A stretch of 64,000 nucleotides of DNA from Bacteroidales bacterium (GCA_031553395.1 JAVBLR010000011.1:10379-74378), one strand, 5' to 3'. Shown: positions 31,347 through 42,072, counted from the first letter of the stretch. The notes: generated from the letters alone by a model not told the origin. Made by a program: numbers and translations.

Positions 31347-31413
31347 TAAGAATTAAGAATTAAGAATTAAGAATTAAGAATTAAGAATTATTTAAAAACA
31401 AATTAATTCTTAA
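31347..31413 (+). repeat. (TAAGAAT)6 perfect heptamer array with short inverted counter arm
   Basis: Six exact copies at 31347-31388, then taattcttaa at 31404-31413. Confidence 0.95.
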
Positions 31414-31427
31414 ACTGAAATAATTCT

Positions 31428-32150
31428 ATGAAAAGATTTCTGTCCTTTTTTATAGGTATTTTGCTTTCTATCATGGGAAATATATATTCTCAAGATAAAG
31501 AAGATAACGTATTTAAAAGCAAACAGGAATTTTCGGATTTTATAGATTCAATGGTTCTAATTTATTACCCACAAGAAGCTATAGATAAGAAAATTGAAGG
31601 AATTGTTAAAGTTGAAGCAGAAATAAGTAAGCAAGGATATCTCTATAATATAAAAATAGATGAATCTCTTGATTCTTCATGTGATAGCATTGCATTATGT
31701 ATTGTCCATTCAATGCAACAACGATATTATTGGTATCCTTCTGATGGTTTTTATCCTATAATTATTGATGTTCCGTTCTCATTAAAAAATATAGAAAAAA
31801 GGCCGGTTATTTGTAATAGATATTACAATGAATTAGCTCAACTTCCTTTATACGATGGAGGAACATTAGAATTATTAAAGTATTTATCAAACAATAACAA
31901 AATAAATAATCAGGTTTATTTTGGTAAAATAGAGGGAAGAGTTGTTATTACTTTTATCATTAGCGATACTGGAGAGATAAGATATCCATTGGTTATTTTT
32001 GATTCAAAATCGATTAATATACCAGCCTATGAAGCTGAATCAATAAGGCTTATAAAAGAAATGCCTCTTAATTGGACTCCGGGAAAAAATGAAAAAGGGG
32101 AATCGGTTAATTGTTTTTATACAATTCCTGTTCGATTTAGGTTATATTAG
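31428..32150 (+). CDS. Secreted protein with two TonB C-terminal domains
   Basis: YPQEAIDKKIEGIVKV and IEGRVVITFIISDTG...WTPG...YTIPVRF; signal peptide. Confidence 0.8.
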   Translation: MKRFLSFFIGILLSIMGNIYSQDKEDNVFKSKQEFSDFIDSMVLIYYPQEAIDKKIEGIVKVEAEISKQGYLYNIKIDESLDSSCDSIALCIVHSMQQRYYWYPSDGFYPIIIDVPFSLKNIEKRPVICNRYYNELAQLPLYDGGTLELLKYLSNNNKINNQVYFGKIEGRVVITFIISDTGEIRYPLVIFDSKSINIPAYEAESIRLIKEMPLNWTPGKNEKGESVNCFYTIPVRFRLY

Positions 32151-32233
32151 GATTAGTTTAAGTTGCTATCTATTGTTTGATTAAATTACTTGTTATTCAA
32201 TTGATAACTAACAACTAATAACAAAAAACGATT

Positions 32234-33472
32234 ATGATTCATATAGTCGATGAAGCCAAACGGTGTTTGCAATGTAAAAATCCATTGTGTACAAAAGGTT
32301 GTCCGGCAGCAACGCAGGTAAATACATTTATCAGGTTATTGTTGGAAGGCAATATTAAAGGTGCCGGAGAATTATTATTTGAAAATAATCCGCTTTCATT
32401 GATTTGTTCTTACGTTTGCGACCACGAGAAACAATGTGAAGGACATTGTATTCTCGGCAAAAAAGGAAAATCCGTACACATCAGTTCAATAGAGAACTAT
32501 ATTTCAGGATATTACCTTAATCTAAAAAAGGACATAGAACTTATACAAGATAAAGGAAAAGTAGCCATTATCGGCTCCGGTCCGGCAGGAATAACCATTG
32601 CAATTTTGTTGGCAAAAAAAGGATACAGCGTTACTATTTTCGAGGCAATGGATAAAGTTGGAGGAGTTATGCGTTACGGGATTCCCGACTTCAGGCTTCC
32701 AAAAACAGTTTTAGACCAATACAATCAAATGCTGTTTGATTTAGGAATAAAAGTTCGTCCGAATACAACCATTGGTATGGGAGGAATCACATTGGATGAT
32801 TTATTCCGGGACGATTATAAAGCCGTATTCGTTGGTACAGGCGTTTGGAAACCTAATTCTTTAGGAATAAAAGGCGAAAGTCTTGGTAATGTACATTTTG
32901 CTATCAATTATTTAAAGAATCCCGATGTGTATAATTTAGGGAAAACATTAACTATCATTGGAGCCGGAAATGCCGCTATAGACGTTGCCCGTACTGCCAT
33001 TCGCAAAGGAGTGGAAAATGTTACCATATTTTTCAGAAAAGGAGAAGAACATCTTACAAGTAGCAAATATGAAGTCGAATATGCTAAAATAGATGGGATT
33101 AAATTTGACTTCTATAAATCTCCAGTAGAAATAACAGACGAAGGCGTAATCTTTGCCGATTCGGTTGTTCATGATCCGGATGATGACAGCACCATTGAAG
33201 TATTGGCAAATACGGACAAATTATATCATTGCGACTCAACTATTATTGCGATCAGCCAAGGTCCAAGGAATTTCATCGCATCCACAACATACGGGTTAGA
33301 ATTAAACGAACGCGGATTGATAAAAACCAACAAAGAAGGGAGCACTTCCCGTCCGGGAGTTTTTGCATCGGGTGATGTTGTTACAGGAGCAAAAACAGTT
33401 GTAGAAGCAATGCATGTATCAAAAACAGTAGCAAAAGCTATTGAAGAATATATAGAAAGCATTGAAAAGTGA
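32234..33472 (+). CDS. GltD/SudA/NfnB-like NAD(P)-dependent Fe-S flavoprotein oxidoreductase
   Basis: EAKRCLQC..CTKGCP, CSYVC..QCEGHC, IIGSGPAG, YGIPDFRLPK, IGAGNAAIDVAR, GVFASGDVVTG. Confidence 0.88.
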   Translation: MIHIVDEAKRCLQCKNPLCTKGCPAATQVNTFIRLLLEGNIKGAGELLFENNPLSLICSYVCDHEKQCEGHCILGKKGKSVHISSIENYISGYYLNLKKDIELIQDKGKVAIIGSGPAGITIAILLAKKGYSVTIFEAMDKVGGVMRYGIPDFRLPKTVLDQYNQMLFDLGIKVRPNTTIGMGGITLDDLFRDDYKAVFVGTGVWKPNSLGIKGESLGNVHFAINYLKNPDVYNLGKTLTIIGAGNAAIDVARTAIRKGVENVTIFFRKGEEHLTSSKYEVEYAKIDGIKFDFYKSPVEITDEGVIFADSVVHDPDDDSTIEVLANTDKLYHCDSTIIAISQGPRNFIASTTYGLELNERGLIKTNKEGSTSRPGVFASGDVVTGAKTVVEAMHVSKTVAKAIEEYIESIEK

Positions 33473-33626
33473 AAAAATGTTGCATTTCCTATTAAAGTAT
33501 CCGAAGAAATATATCAGAATATAAAATACATATAATTCGCACAATTTTTATAAAATTTTGATTCTATTTTTCAATAACTAATTTGAAAAAATTATACAAA
33601 CATTCACTTTGAAAAACGATATAGAT

Positions 33627-34508
33627 ATGCAATTAATTGACGGAAAAGAGGTCGCCAGGCAAATCAAACAGGAAATTGCGGCAGAAGTTGAACAAATTAA
33701 AGCACAAGGAGGTAAAACTCCTCACTTGGCAGCTGTATTAGTCGGACACGACGGCGGTAGTGAGACGTATGTTGCGCATAAAGTAAAAGCTTGTGAAGAA
33801 TGTGGATTTAAGTCGTCGCTTATACGCTTTGAGGATAATGTTTCGGAAGATAAATTACTCAAAAAAATAGACGAATTGAATAATGATGCCGATATCGACG
33901 GATTTATTGTTCAATTGCCTTTACCAAAGCATATTTCCGAACAAAAAATTATTGAAGCTATCGATTATCGCAAAGATGTTGACGGATTTCATCCCATCAA
34001 TGTAGGAAGAATGTCTATCGGGCTTCCTTGTTTTGTATCGGCAACGCCTGCAGGAATCATGGAACTTCTAAAACGCTATCATATCGAAACGCAAGGTAAA
34101 CACTGTGTAGTTCTGGGACGCAGCAATATTGTAGGAAAACCGGTCGCAACGTTAATGATGCAAAAATCCAATCCGGGAGATGCAACTGTTACCGTTTGCC
34201 ACAGCCGATCTAAAAATTTAAAGGAAATGTGTTTACAAGCTGATATTATCATTGCAGCTTTAGGGCAACCCGAATTCTTAAAAGGAGATATGGTAAAACC
34301 TGGAGCAGTCGTTATAGACGTTGGTACAACCCGTGTTCCTTCTGATAAAACAAAATCAGGATTTAAACTTACTGGAGATGTTCAATTCGATGAAGTTGCT
34401 CCGAAATGTTCATACATAACCCCTGTTCCCGGAGGAGTAGGCCCAATGACAATTGTTTCTTTAATGAAAAATACATTACTGGCAAGCAAAAAATTAATTA
34501 ACAATTAA
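33627..34508 (+). CDS. folD: Bifunctional methylenetetrahydrofolate dehydrogenase/cyclohydrolase
   Basis: [34 protein letters not shown]; start at MQLIDGK. Confidence 0.97.
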   Translation: MQLIDGKEVARQIKQEIAAEVEQIKAQGGKTPHLAAVLVGHDGGSETYVAHKVKACEECGFKSSLIRFEDNVSEDKLLKKIDELNNDADIDGFIVQLPLPKHISEQKIIEAIDYRKDVDGFHPINVGRMSIGLPCFVSATPAGIMELLKRYHIETQGKHCVVLGRSNIVGKPVATLMMQKSNPGDATVTVCHSRSKNLKEMCLQADIIIAALGQPEFLKGDMVKPGAVVIDVGTTRVPSDKTKSGFKLTGDVQFDEVAPKCSYITPVPGGVGPMTIVSLMKNTLLASKKLINN

Positions 34509-34577
34509 AAATTGACAATCAAACAACTAGAATAATTCACATTTAAAATTATTAATTGTAGTTGTTAATCAAAAACA

Positions 34578-34916
34578 ATGGAAGAAAGTACAAGACAAAA
34601 AAAAATAAATCGTTTGCTTCAAAAAGAAATGGGAGATATATTTCTCATGCAAGCAAAACAAATGCAAGGCACGCTTATTTCTGTAAGTGCGGTTCGGGTT
34701 ACACCCGATTTGGGATTGGCAAAAATATACCTCAGCATTTTTCCATCAGAAAGAGGGACTGAGTTATTGGAAAATATAAAAGTAAATTCAAAACAAATCC
34801 GTCATGAATTAGGACAACGTGTAAGACACCAATTACGCATTGTTCCCGAACTTGCTTTTTATATCGATGATTCCCTCGATTATCTCGAAAGAATAGATAC
34901 GTTGTTGAAGCAATAA
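34578..34916 (+). CDS. rbfA: 30S ribosome-binding factor A
   Basis: RQKKINRLLQKEMG, VRVTPDL, LRIVPELAFYIDDS. Confidence 0.95.
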   Translation: MEESTRQKKINRLLQKEMGDIFLMQAKQMQGTLISVSAVRVTPDLGLAKIYLSIFPSERGTELLENIKVNSKQIRHELGQRVRHQLRIVPELAFYIDDSLDYLERIDTLLKQ

Positions 34917-35011
34917 AATAGACAGAAGAACAAAGACAAAAGAAGAAAGATGGTAGATAGATATATCTTACTGTCTTTTCATCTTTTCTATCTTCTTTCA
35001 TCTTTGTTCTT
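34915..35011. repeat. Degenerate heptamer inverted arrays after rbfA
   Basis: aaatagacagaagaacaaagacaaaag ... atcttttctatcttctttcatctttgttctt. Confidence 0.55.
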
Positions 35012-35057
35012 AAATCTAACTAATTATATATTAAATATTTAAGAAATATTCATCTGA

Positions 35058-36716
35058 ATGCTGACAAATTTACTCGTTCAAAATTATGCGTTGATAAACC
35101 AATTAGAAATGAGATTGGGAGAAGGATTTTATATTCTCACGGGAGAAACCGGAGCTGGAAAATCTATTCTTATCGGAGCATTATCCCTTATTTTGGGACA
35201 ACGGGCAGATGCTAAATTAATCAAGCAATCGGAAGAAAAATGTATTATCGAAGCGACCTTTGATATTTCGGCTTATAAATTGGAGTATTTTTTTGACGAA
35301 AATGAAATAGATTACTACGAAGAATGTATTTTGAGAAGAGAAATACACTCTTCGGGAAAGTCCCGTACATTTATAAATGATACGCCAGTTTCGTTGAATA
35401 CACTTAAGGAGTTAGGAACAATGTTAATTGACATTCATTCCCAACATCAAAACCTACTGTTGGCCGATAATCGTTTTCAATTGAAAGTAGTAGATGTATT
35501 GGCTGAAAATCAAACCCTATTGGAAGAATATAACAATCAGTTTGTTACATACAAAAATCGGATTAATCAGTTAAACAAAATAAAAGAAGAAGCTGAAAAG
35601 AGTAAATCCGATGAAGAATATTATCGTTTCCAATATAATCAACTTGCTGAAGCAAAGTTACAAATAGATGAACAATCTGAATTAGAAAATGAACAAGAGC
35701 TTCTCTCCCACTCCGAAGAAATAAAATCAACTCTTTTTAAGATTAATCAAATCCTTTCCAACGAAGAACAAGGAGTTATAAATTCGCTGAAAGAAGCTGT
35801 AAATATATCTTCGAATTTACAAAAGATATATCCGGCAAGTAATGAAATCAAGGAACGTATTGAAAGTGCTTATATTGATTTAAAAGACTTGTCCAATGAA
35901 ATCGAAAATAAATCGGAAAATATCGAATTTAATCCTGAAAAATTAGAGCAAGTAAACGACCGCTTAAACTTAATTTATTCTTTACAGCAAAAACACCATG
36001 TTCAATCGATAGACGAACTTATTGATATTGAGAAAGATTTGGAGAAAAAAATCTATTCTGTCGAACATTTGGATGAAGAAATTGCAAAATTGGAAAAAGA
36101 AATAAATACACAATTATCTTTAGTAGAAAATATTGGAGAAAAATTATCTAAGAAACGGCAAAAGTCGGCACAACGATTGGAAAAGGATTTAACCGAACGT
36201 TTATCCTATTTAGGTATGCCGAATGTTCGGTTCAATATACAATTTGACAAAAAGGAAAAGCCCGGCAATAACGGATTAGATGATATAAATTTTTTATTCT
36301 CAGCTAATAAAAATGCACCCTTACAACCTGTTGCCGAAACGGCTTCCGGTGGAGAAATTGCTCGGTTAATGCTATGTATCAAAGCATTAATTGCAAATAC
36401 AACAGCCTTACCAACCATTATTTTTGATGAAATAGACACTGGTGTTTCTGGTGAAATTGCCGATAAAATGGGAGTTATCATGCAGGGAATGAGCAAATAT
36501 ATGCAAGTTATCAGCATTACACATTTGCCACAGATTGCAGCGCGAGGAAGTGTTCATTTCAAGGTTTACAAAGAAGATTCAAAAGATAAAACTAACACAA
36601 ACATTAAGCAACTAACACAAAAAGAGAGAATTACCGAATTAGCGCAAATGCTCAGTGGTGCACAAATTACCGATGCAGCCATTAGTAATGCCAAGGCATT
36701 ATTAGGATTAAATTAA
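35058..36716 (+). CDS. recN: DNA repair protein RecN
   Basis: LTGETGAGKS, IDIHSQH, ASGGEIAR, IFDEIDTGVSG, ITHLPQIAA. Confidence 0.97.
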   Translation: MLTNLLVQNYALINQLEMRLGEGFYILTGETGAGKSILIGALSLILGQRADAKLIKQSEEKCIIEATFDISAYKLEYFFDENEIDYYEECILRREIHSSGKSRTFINDTPVSLNTLKELGTMLIDIHSQHQNLLLADNRFQLKVVDVLAENQTLLEEYNNQFVTYKNRINQLNKIKEEAEKSKSDEEYYRFQYNQLAEAKLQIDEQSELENEQELLSHSEEIKSTLFKINQILSNEEQGVINSLKEAVNISSNLQKIYPASNEIKERIESAYIDLKDLSNEIENKSENIEFNPEKLEQVNDRLNLIYSLQQKHHVQSIDELIDIEKDLEKKIYSVEHLDEEIAKLEKEINTQLSLVENIGEKLSKKRQKSAQRLEKDLTERLSYLGMPNVRFNIQFDKKEKPGNNGLDDINFLFSANKNAPLQPVAETASGGEIARLMLCIKALIANTTALPTIIFDEIDTGVSGEIADKMGVIMQGMSKYMQVISITHLPQIAARGSVHFKVYKEDSKDKTNTNIKQLTQKERITELAQMLSGAQITDAAISNAKALLGLN

Positions 36717-36718
36717 AA

Positions 36719-36793
36719 GTTATTCGTTGTTTGTTATTGGTTATTGAATTGTCTAACAACGAATAACAAACAACGAATAACAAATAATAACAA
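36719..36793. repeat. Heptamer inverted arrays between recN and rlmB
   Basis: GTTATTC GTTGTTT GTTATTG GTTATTG ... AACAAC GAATAAC AAACAAC GAATAAC AAATAAT. Confidence 0.85.
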
Positions 36794-36811
36794 AATAACA
36801 ACCAACTGAAA

Positions 36812-37543
36812 GTGGAAAAAAACGAAATAGTATTCGGCATCAGGGCAGTAATTGAAGCCATACAAGCCGGAAAAGAAATAGATAAAATTCTAATAAAAAA
36901 GGATTTACAGGGCGAATTGGCAGCAGAGCTTTTCCGTTTGGTAAATAATCATGATATTCCTGCACAACGAGTGCCACTTGAGCGACTCAACCGTATTACG
37001 ATGAAAAATCATCAAGGAGTAATTGCTTTTATCCCTGCAGTTAGTTATCAAAAGATTGAAGATATTGTCCCTTTTTTGTACGAACAAGGGAAAAATCCGT
37101 TTATTGTTGTGCTGGATGGAATTACCGATGTTCGTAATTTTGGTGCTATTGCCCGTACCTGCGAATGCGCTGGAGTCGATGCTATTGTTATTGCCGAAAA
37201 AGGAAGTGTAAGTGTAAATTCCGACGCTATGAAAACTTCGGCGGGAGCGTTACATACATTGCCTGTTTGCAGAGAAAAGAATTTGACCGATACGATTAAG
37301 TTTCTTAAAAATAGCGGAATACACACAATTGCAGCAAGTGAAAAAGGAGACAAATCCTATACACAAGCAACTTATTCCAATCCGGTTGCCATTATTATGG
37401 GAGCAGAAGACACTGGCGTTGATATTGGCCGATTGAGAATATGTGACGAGATTGTAAAAATCCCAATTAATGGAGTAATTGAATCTCTCAATGTTTCGGT
37501 AGCTGCCGGAATATTAATCTATGAAACCGTAAGGAACAGATGA
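36812..37543 (+). CDS. rlmB: 23S rRNA (G2251-2'-O)-methyltransferase (TrmH/SpoU family)
   Basis: NHQGVIA, LDGITDVRNFGAIART, MGAEDTG, SLNVSVAAGI. Confidence 0.92.
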   Translation: MEKNEIVFGIRAVIEAIQAGKEIDKILIKKDLQGELAAELFRLVNNHDIPAQRVPLERLNRITMKNHQGVIAFIPAVSYQKIEDIVPFLYEQGKNPFIVVLDGITDVRNFGAIARTCECAGVDAIVIAEKGSVSVNSDAMKTSAGALHTLPVCREKNLTDTIKFLKNSGIHTIAASEKGDKSYTQATYSNPVAIIMGAEDTGVDIGRLRICDEIVKIPINGVIESLNVSVAAGILIYETVRNR

Positions 37544-37920
37544 AAAAAATAATCGCTACACCAAATGCTCCTGCAGCAATTGGCCCATATAGCCAAGCTG
37601 TAGAAGTGAATGACATGTTATTTTTATCCGGACAAATTCCTATTAATCCACAAAGCGGAGAAATTGTAGACAGAAATATAAAGGAACAAACACTACAGGT
37701 TTTCAAGAATATTGCTGCAATTTTGGAAAAATCCGGATATAAAATGAATCAAATTGTAAAAACAACCGTCTTTATATCCGATATGTCTTTATTCGGTGAA
37801 ATGAATGAAGTTTATGCTCAACAATTTTCAGATGAATTTCCGGCTCGTTCGACTATAGCTGTAAAGGGATTACCCAAAGGTGCGTTAATTGAAATTGAGG
37901 TCGTTGCTATAAAAGAATAG
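37540..37920 (+). CDS. ridA: RidA/YjgF reactive imine deaminase
   Basis: APAAIGPYSQA, SGQIP, FPARS, LIEIEVVA; ATGA overlap with rlmB. Confidence 0.94.
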   Translation: MKKIIATPNAPAAIGPYSQAVEVNDMLFLSGQIPINPQSGEIVDRNIKEQTLQVFKNIAAILEKSGYKMNQIVKTTVFISDMSLFGEMNEVYAQQFSDEFPARSTIAVKGLPKGALIEIEVVAIKE

Positions 37921-37975
37921 AAGAAGGTATTGGTAACCTCCAATTACCGTTTTCATTTATTGTGCCAAAAGTTGA

Positions 37976-38151
37976 GGGATGCCCTGCGTGAGGGATAGAA
38001 GCGGGCAGCAGGCAGTTTTTTGTCTGAAACAAGGGAGGAACGACCGCAGGCGAAGGCAGAAAAACTTGCCTGATGCGAGCGGATAGCCCGACCCCGCCGC
38101 GTAGAATAACAAAAAACGAGATTTAAGATGGACGGCGGAGGCACGCCCAAA
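37976..38151. ncRNA. GC-rich structured repeat, copy 1 (Flavo-1-like, strand uncertain)
   Basis: Shares GCGTGAGGGATAGAA, CAAGGGAGGAACGACCGCAG, GGATAGCCCGACCCCGCCGCGTAG and TGGACGGCGG.GGCACGCCCAAA with 54195-54370; nested stems. Family name recalled, not searched. Confidence 0.65.
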
Positions 38152-38284
38152 GAATTAGGAATTGGATTATTAACTAATGAATGAATGATGAATATTTGTT
38201 GATATTAATTATCATAAATATTCATATAAATTGTTTTATTAATCCATGAAATTAATACCAACCATAAAAACGTTTGATTATTAA

Positions 38285-39124
38285 TTGATGCGGATATTTT
38301 ACTACAATAAATTATGTTCCAAAGTTATCAAAAGGATATCTTCCGGGATAATAATGTCATTACTAACAACATTTACCTGTTTTTCTCAAACACAAGAAAA
38401 TGACAGCACATTTTCTCAAATTGAGACAACCGTTGTTTCAAAAAATGAAATACCATCCAGTATCTATGACCGCCCTTATTCTTTTTGGGAGAATAATCCT
38501 GATTACAAAAGATTAGCATGGAATAGCGGAATAACATTTGGAGCTTCTTTTGTTGCAGCAGGACTTTTATACATAATGCCGGAGGGTGTAAGTAATTGGG
38601 ATAGAGATGAGATATCGATAAACTCTGTTTTCAGTGATTGGTGGAAACATGTTTGTGCCGGTCCTGTAGTTGATAAAGACGACTGGCAATTGAATTATTT
38701 AGCACATCCTTATGTTGGCACCATCTATTATATGGGAGCTCGTTCTGCAGGAGTAAGTGCTCCTTATTCATTTTTATACTCAGTTGCATTTTCTACTTTT
38801 TTCTGGGAATACGGGGTCGAAGCATTGGCCGAAATTCCATCAGTACAGGATTTAATAGTTACTCCAGTTTGTGGTTCTATTTTGGGTGAAGCTTTTTATT
38901 TAACCAAAAGAGAAATTGTTGCGCGGGATTATCGTCTATTGGGCACCCCGATTTTAGGACATACTGTAACATTTTTGATGGATCCTTTAAACGAAGTAAT
39001 GGATTTATGTACAGGAAAATTCAAAAAAAAGAAAAACAATTCCAATCTATACTTATACTCCTCTCCTACTCGACATTTTTCAGGTAATATATCTTATAAT
39101 ATTACATTAAATATAAAGTTTTAA
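38285..39124 (+). CDS. DUF3943 domain-containing protein
   Basis: DKDDWQLNYLAHPYVGTIYY..AR, FWEYGVEALAEIPSVQDLIVTP..GE; start uncertain. Confidence 0.8.
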   Translation: MMRIFYYNKLCSKVIKRISSGIIMSLLTTFTCFSQTQENDSTFSQIETTVVSKNEIPSSIYDRPYSFWENNPDYKRLAWNSGITFGASFVAAGLLYIMPEGVSNWDRDEISINSVFSDWWKHVCAGPVVDKDDWQLNYLAHPYVGTIYYMGARSAGVSAPYSFLYSVAFSTFFWEYGVEALAEIPSVQDLIVTPVCGSILGEAFYLTKREIVARDYRLLGTPILGHTVTFLMDPLNEVMDLCTGKFKKKKNNSNLYLYSSPTRHFSGNISYNITLNIKF

Positions 39125-39212
39125 AATAAGGTAATGATGCCAAAATAAAAAAGCATGGAGCTTAACCCCATGCCTTTAGTCTTTATTTCTCTTATTTCTT
39201 TCTTATTACATT

Positions 39213-39620
39213 TTATTGCTGCGTATTTGCACCACCTTTTTTTTGACCGCCTTGGCCGCCACCTCTATTACCAGCTTTAGCCTTTCTTTCTTGTTGATTT
39301 TGTTGATACTTTGTGTATTGGTCACTCGTTAAAATTCCCTTAAGTTCAGTATCCTTTGCTTCCTGCATTTTCTTCATTTCATCCATACGAGCCTGTCTGT
39401 CATCATTTGAAGATTGAAAAGCAGCTTGTTGCTGTTGTGCATACTTTAAGTTGATAGCCTCAACTTTTGATTTTTGGTCATCATTTAATGACAAATTACT
39501 AACCATTTGTTCAGTTTGCCTTTTTGCCATATCGTCGGCAGAAGGACGTTGACGTTGTTGTGCGAACATTACTGAGCTTACTAATAAAGCTGAAAGTACT
39601 AACATTGCTAACCTTTTCAT
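39213..39620 (-). CDS. Small helical periplasmic protein (DUF4890/Spy-CpxP-like)
   Basis: Signal peptide; LSLNDDQ..K and ILTSDQYTKY LTxxQ-like motifs. Confidence 0.75.
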   Translation of the reverse strand: MKRLAMLVLSALLVSSVMFAQQRQRPSADDMAKRQTEQMVSNLSLNDDQKSKVEAINLKYAQQQQAAFQSSNDDRQARMDEMKKMQEAKDTELKGILTSDQYTKYQQNQQERKAKAGNRGGGQGGQKKGGANTQQ

Positions 39621-39760
39621 ACGAATTGTTTTTTTAATTGTTACTTAATTTTTTTATTTACATTTAAATCGATTCTAATACTAATTACGAAAACTAAGAC
39701 AATCCAAAAACTTTAGGGTTTAACAACCTTCTTTTTTTTAACTATTTTTTATTCTAAATG

Positions 39761-40996
39761 TTAAATAATTTCTAATAACATCAACAATGCCGCATTACTT
39801 GCCCGAATGATATTCTGCTCACGAAAAGCTCCAAAATAATGCTTCTTTGAAATGACTTTATTTTTGGTTGCCACTGCAATCCAAACCATTCCAACAGGCT
39901 TATCATCACTACCCCCTGTTGGTCCGGCAATTCCAGATGTTGCAACAGAAAAATCGGCATTTAATACAGATAAAACACCTTTCGCCATTTGCTCAACAAC
40001 TTGCTGACTTACTGCACCATCATTTTCCAAATCTTCTTTTTTTACACTTAATAAATTTTCTTTCACTTCATTTGAATAAGAAGTTACACTCCCTTTGAAA
40101 TAATCCGAACTTCCTGAAATCAATGTAATTAAATGAGCAATATATCCTCCGGTGCAACTTTCGGCAACGGACAACGTTTTTCCGGATTCATGCAAACGCT
40201 TACCAACAATTTCAGCTAAAGACAAATCTTCATCGGCAATAATATGCCCTCTCAATAACGATCTTAATTTTTCAATTTCAACATTTAATGTTCTATTCAA
40301 TTTCTCAATATCTTTTCCTTGAGCTGATAATCTCAACCGAACAAGTCCCAAAGAAGGCAAATAAGCCAAACGAATATTCTCGGGCAAAGCATCTTCCCAA
40401 GAAGAAATAAACAAAGCCAATTGAGCTTCACCAAAACCTTGTATCCAAAAAGTACGGTGTTCAATAAACAAATCTCTGCCAAAAAATTGTGTTAGACGAG
40501 GTATAATCTCATTCGACATTATCCATTTCATTTCCTGCGGAACTCCCGGCATCGATGCTAATATTTTTCCATCTTTTTCGAACCATGTAACAGGAGCTGT
40601 TCCGGTTGGATTGTGAATAACCGTACATTTTTCGGGAACATACGCCTGATTTTTAGACAATTCATCAACCTCCCGGTTTCGAACAGCAAAAAACTGTTTG
40701 ACATCATTGTATATACTCTCATCAAAAATTAGTTTTGTACCAAAATATTCGCACAAAGTCTGTTTTGTAATATCATCTTTTGTCGGTCCTATCCCACCTG
40801 TGACAAGCACTGCATCTGCCCTTTTCATAGCAATATCAATTGCCTCCAACATATCTTTCCGGCTATCACCGACAGTTACAATATGATTTACTTCGGCCCC
40901 AATTTTATTTAATTCCTGAGCCATCCATGCCGAATTAGTATCGACAACCTGACCAATTAAAATCTCATCTCCAATTGTTATTATTTCTACTTTCAT
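39761..40996 (-). CDS. cinA: Competence/damage-inducible protein A (MocF + NMN deamidase PncC domains)
   Basis: IGDEILIGQVVDTNS, GGIGPTKDDIT, MPGVPQEM, AESCTGG, SGIAGPTGG. Confidence 0.95.
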   Translation of the reverse strand: MKVEIITIGDEILIGQVVDTNSAWMAQELNKIGAEVNHIVTVGDSRKDMLEAIDIAMKRADAVLVTGGIGPTKDDITKQTLCEYFGTKLIFDESIYNDVKQFFAVRNREVDELSKNQAYVPEKCTVIHNPTGTAPVTWFEKDGKILASMPGVPQEMKWIMSNEIIPRLTQFFGRDLFIEHRTFWIQGFGEAQLALFISSWEDALPENIRLAYLPSLGLVRLRLSAQGKDIEKLNRTLNVEIEKLRSLLRGHIIADEDLSLAEIVGKRLHESGKTLSVAESCTGGYIAHLITLISGSSDYFKGSVTSYSNEVKENLLSVKKEDLENDGAVSQQVVEQMAKGVLSVLNADFSVATSGIAGPTGGSDDKPVGMVWIAVATKNKVISKKHYFGAFREQNIIRASNAALLMLLEII

Positions 40997-41055
40997 CTAT
41001 AATTTACTGATTTGTTATTTATTGTTGATATCTGTCATTTACCAATAATAAATAA

Positions 41056-42072
41056 CTATAAATTCTTAACTGTTTTTATAAAATCATAAATATCTTCTTC
41101 GTTTGTATCAAAGGAAGTAACCAAGCGGACTTCATTAATTTCTTCATTCCAAATATAAAAGAAGTATTTTTCCCTTACCTTTTGTATTAACTCCAAAGGC
41201 ATTGTTAAAAACAACGCATTTGTTTCAACTTTTTGGGTTAAGGATATTTGAGGAATTTGATTTAATTCTTTGGCTAATAAAGTTGCCATATTATTTGCAT
41301 GACAAGCATTTTTCAACCACAAATCATCTTCGAAATAAGCAATAAACTGAGCCGAAAGATAACGCATCTTTGAAAATAATTGTGCAGATTGTTTCCTAAA
41401 AAAACGCAGATTCTCCGATAATTCTTCCCGGAAAGAAATGACAGCTTCTCCCATCATCATTCCATTTTTCGTTCCTCCAAAGCTTACAATATCTACACCA
41501 CAATCGGCCGTCAACGCTTTTAATGAAACATTCATTGCCGCAGCCGCATTCGATAAACGAGCTCCATCTACATGAACATACATGTCGTATTTGTGTGCCA
41601 AATCACAAATTGTTTTAATTTCCTGCAACGTATACAAAGTTCCCAATTCAGTTGATTGTGATATATAAATAACTTTAGGCTGAGAATGATGTTGGTCGCC
41701 AAAACCATGCAATTTATGCTTAATCAATTCCGGAGTTAATTTTCCATTTAATGTAGAAATAGGCAATAAAGGACATCCGGTAAAACGAACAGGAGCACCA
41801 CATTCATCCACATTAATATGTCCCGTCTCCGGACAAATTACCGCATTGAAACTTTTCAGGCAAGCCTGCAATGAAATTACATTTGCTCCTGTACCATTAA
41901 AAGCAAAATAGATCTCAGCCTCTTCGCCAAAATATTTTTTTAAAACAGCATCTGCTTTTTCGGTAATTTCATCACTTCCATACGCAATTACATGCTCTTT
42001 ATTTACATCAATCAAAGCTTGCATCACCTGCGGATGCACTCCCGAATTATTATCACTGGCAAAACTTTTCAT
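41056..42072 (-). CDS. ltaE: Low-specificity L-threonine aldolase (PLP)
   Basis: FASDN, GTGAN, HVDGARL, SFGGTKNG. Confidence 0.9.
   Translation of the reverse strand: MKSFASDNNSGVHPQVMQALIDVNKEHVIAYGSDEITEKADAVLKKYFGEEAEIYFAFNGTGANVISLQACLKSFNAVICPETGHINVDECGAPVRFTGCPLLPISTLNGKLTPELIKHKLHGFGDQHHSQPKVIYISQSTELGTLYTLQEIKTICDLAHKYDMYVHVDGARLSNAAAAMNVSLKALTADCGVDIVSFGGTKNGMMMGEAVISFREELSENLRFFRKQSAQLFSKMRYLSAQFIAYFEDDLWLKNACHANNMATLLAKELNQIPQISLTQKVETNALFLTMPLELIQKVREKYFFYIWNEEINEVRLVTSFDTNEEDIYDFIKTVKNL

Noticed and set aside
31347-31388. Tandem array as a possible CRISPR
   Set aside because: 7-bp units with no spacers and no cas genes in the window
37953-38150. Small ORFs over GC-rich or structured elements (37953..38150, 42356..42547, 61764..61955, 63261..63452)
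   Set aside because: Open only because the underlying repeats or ncRNA lack stop codons
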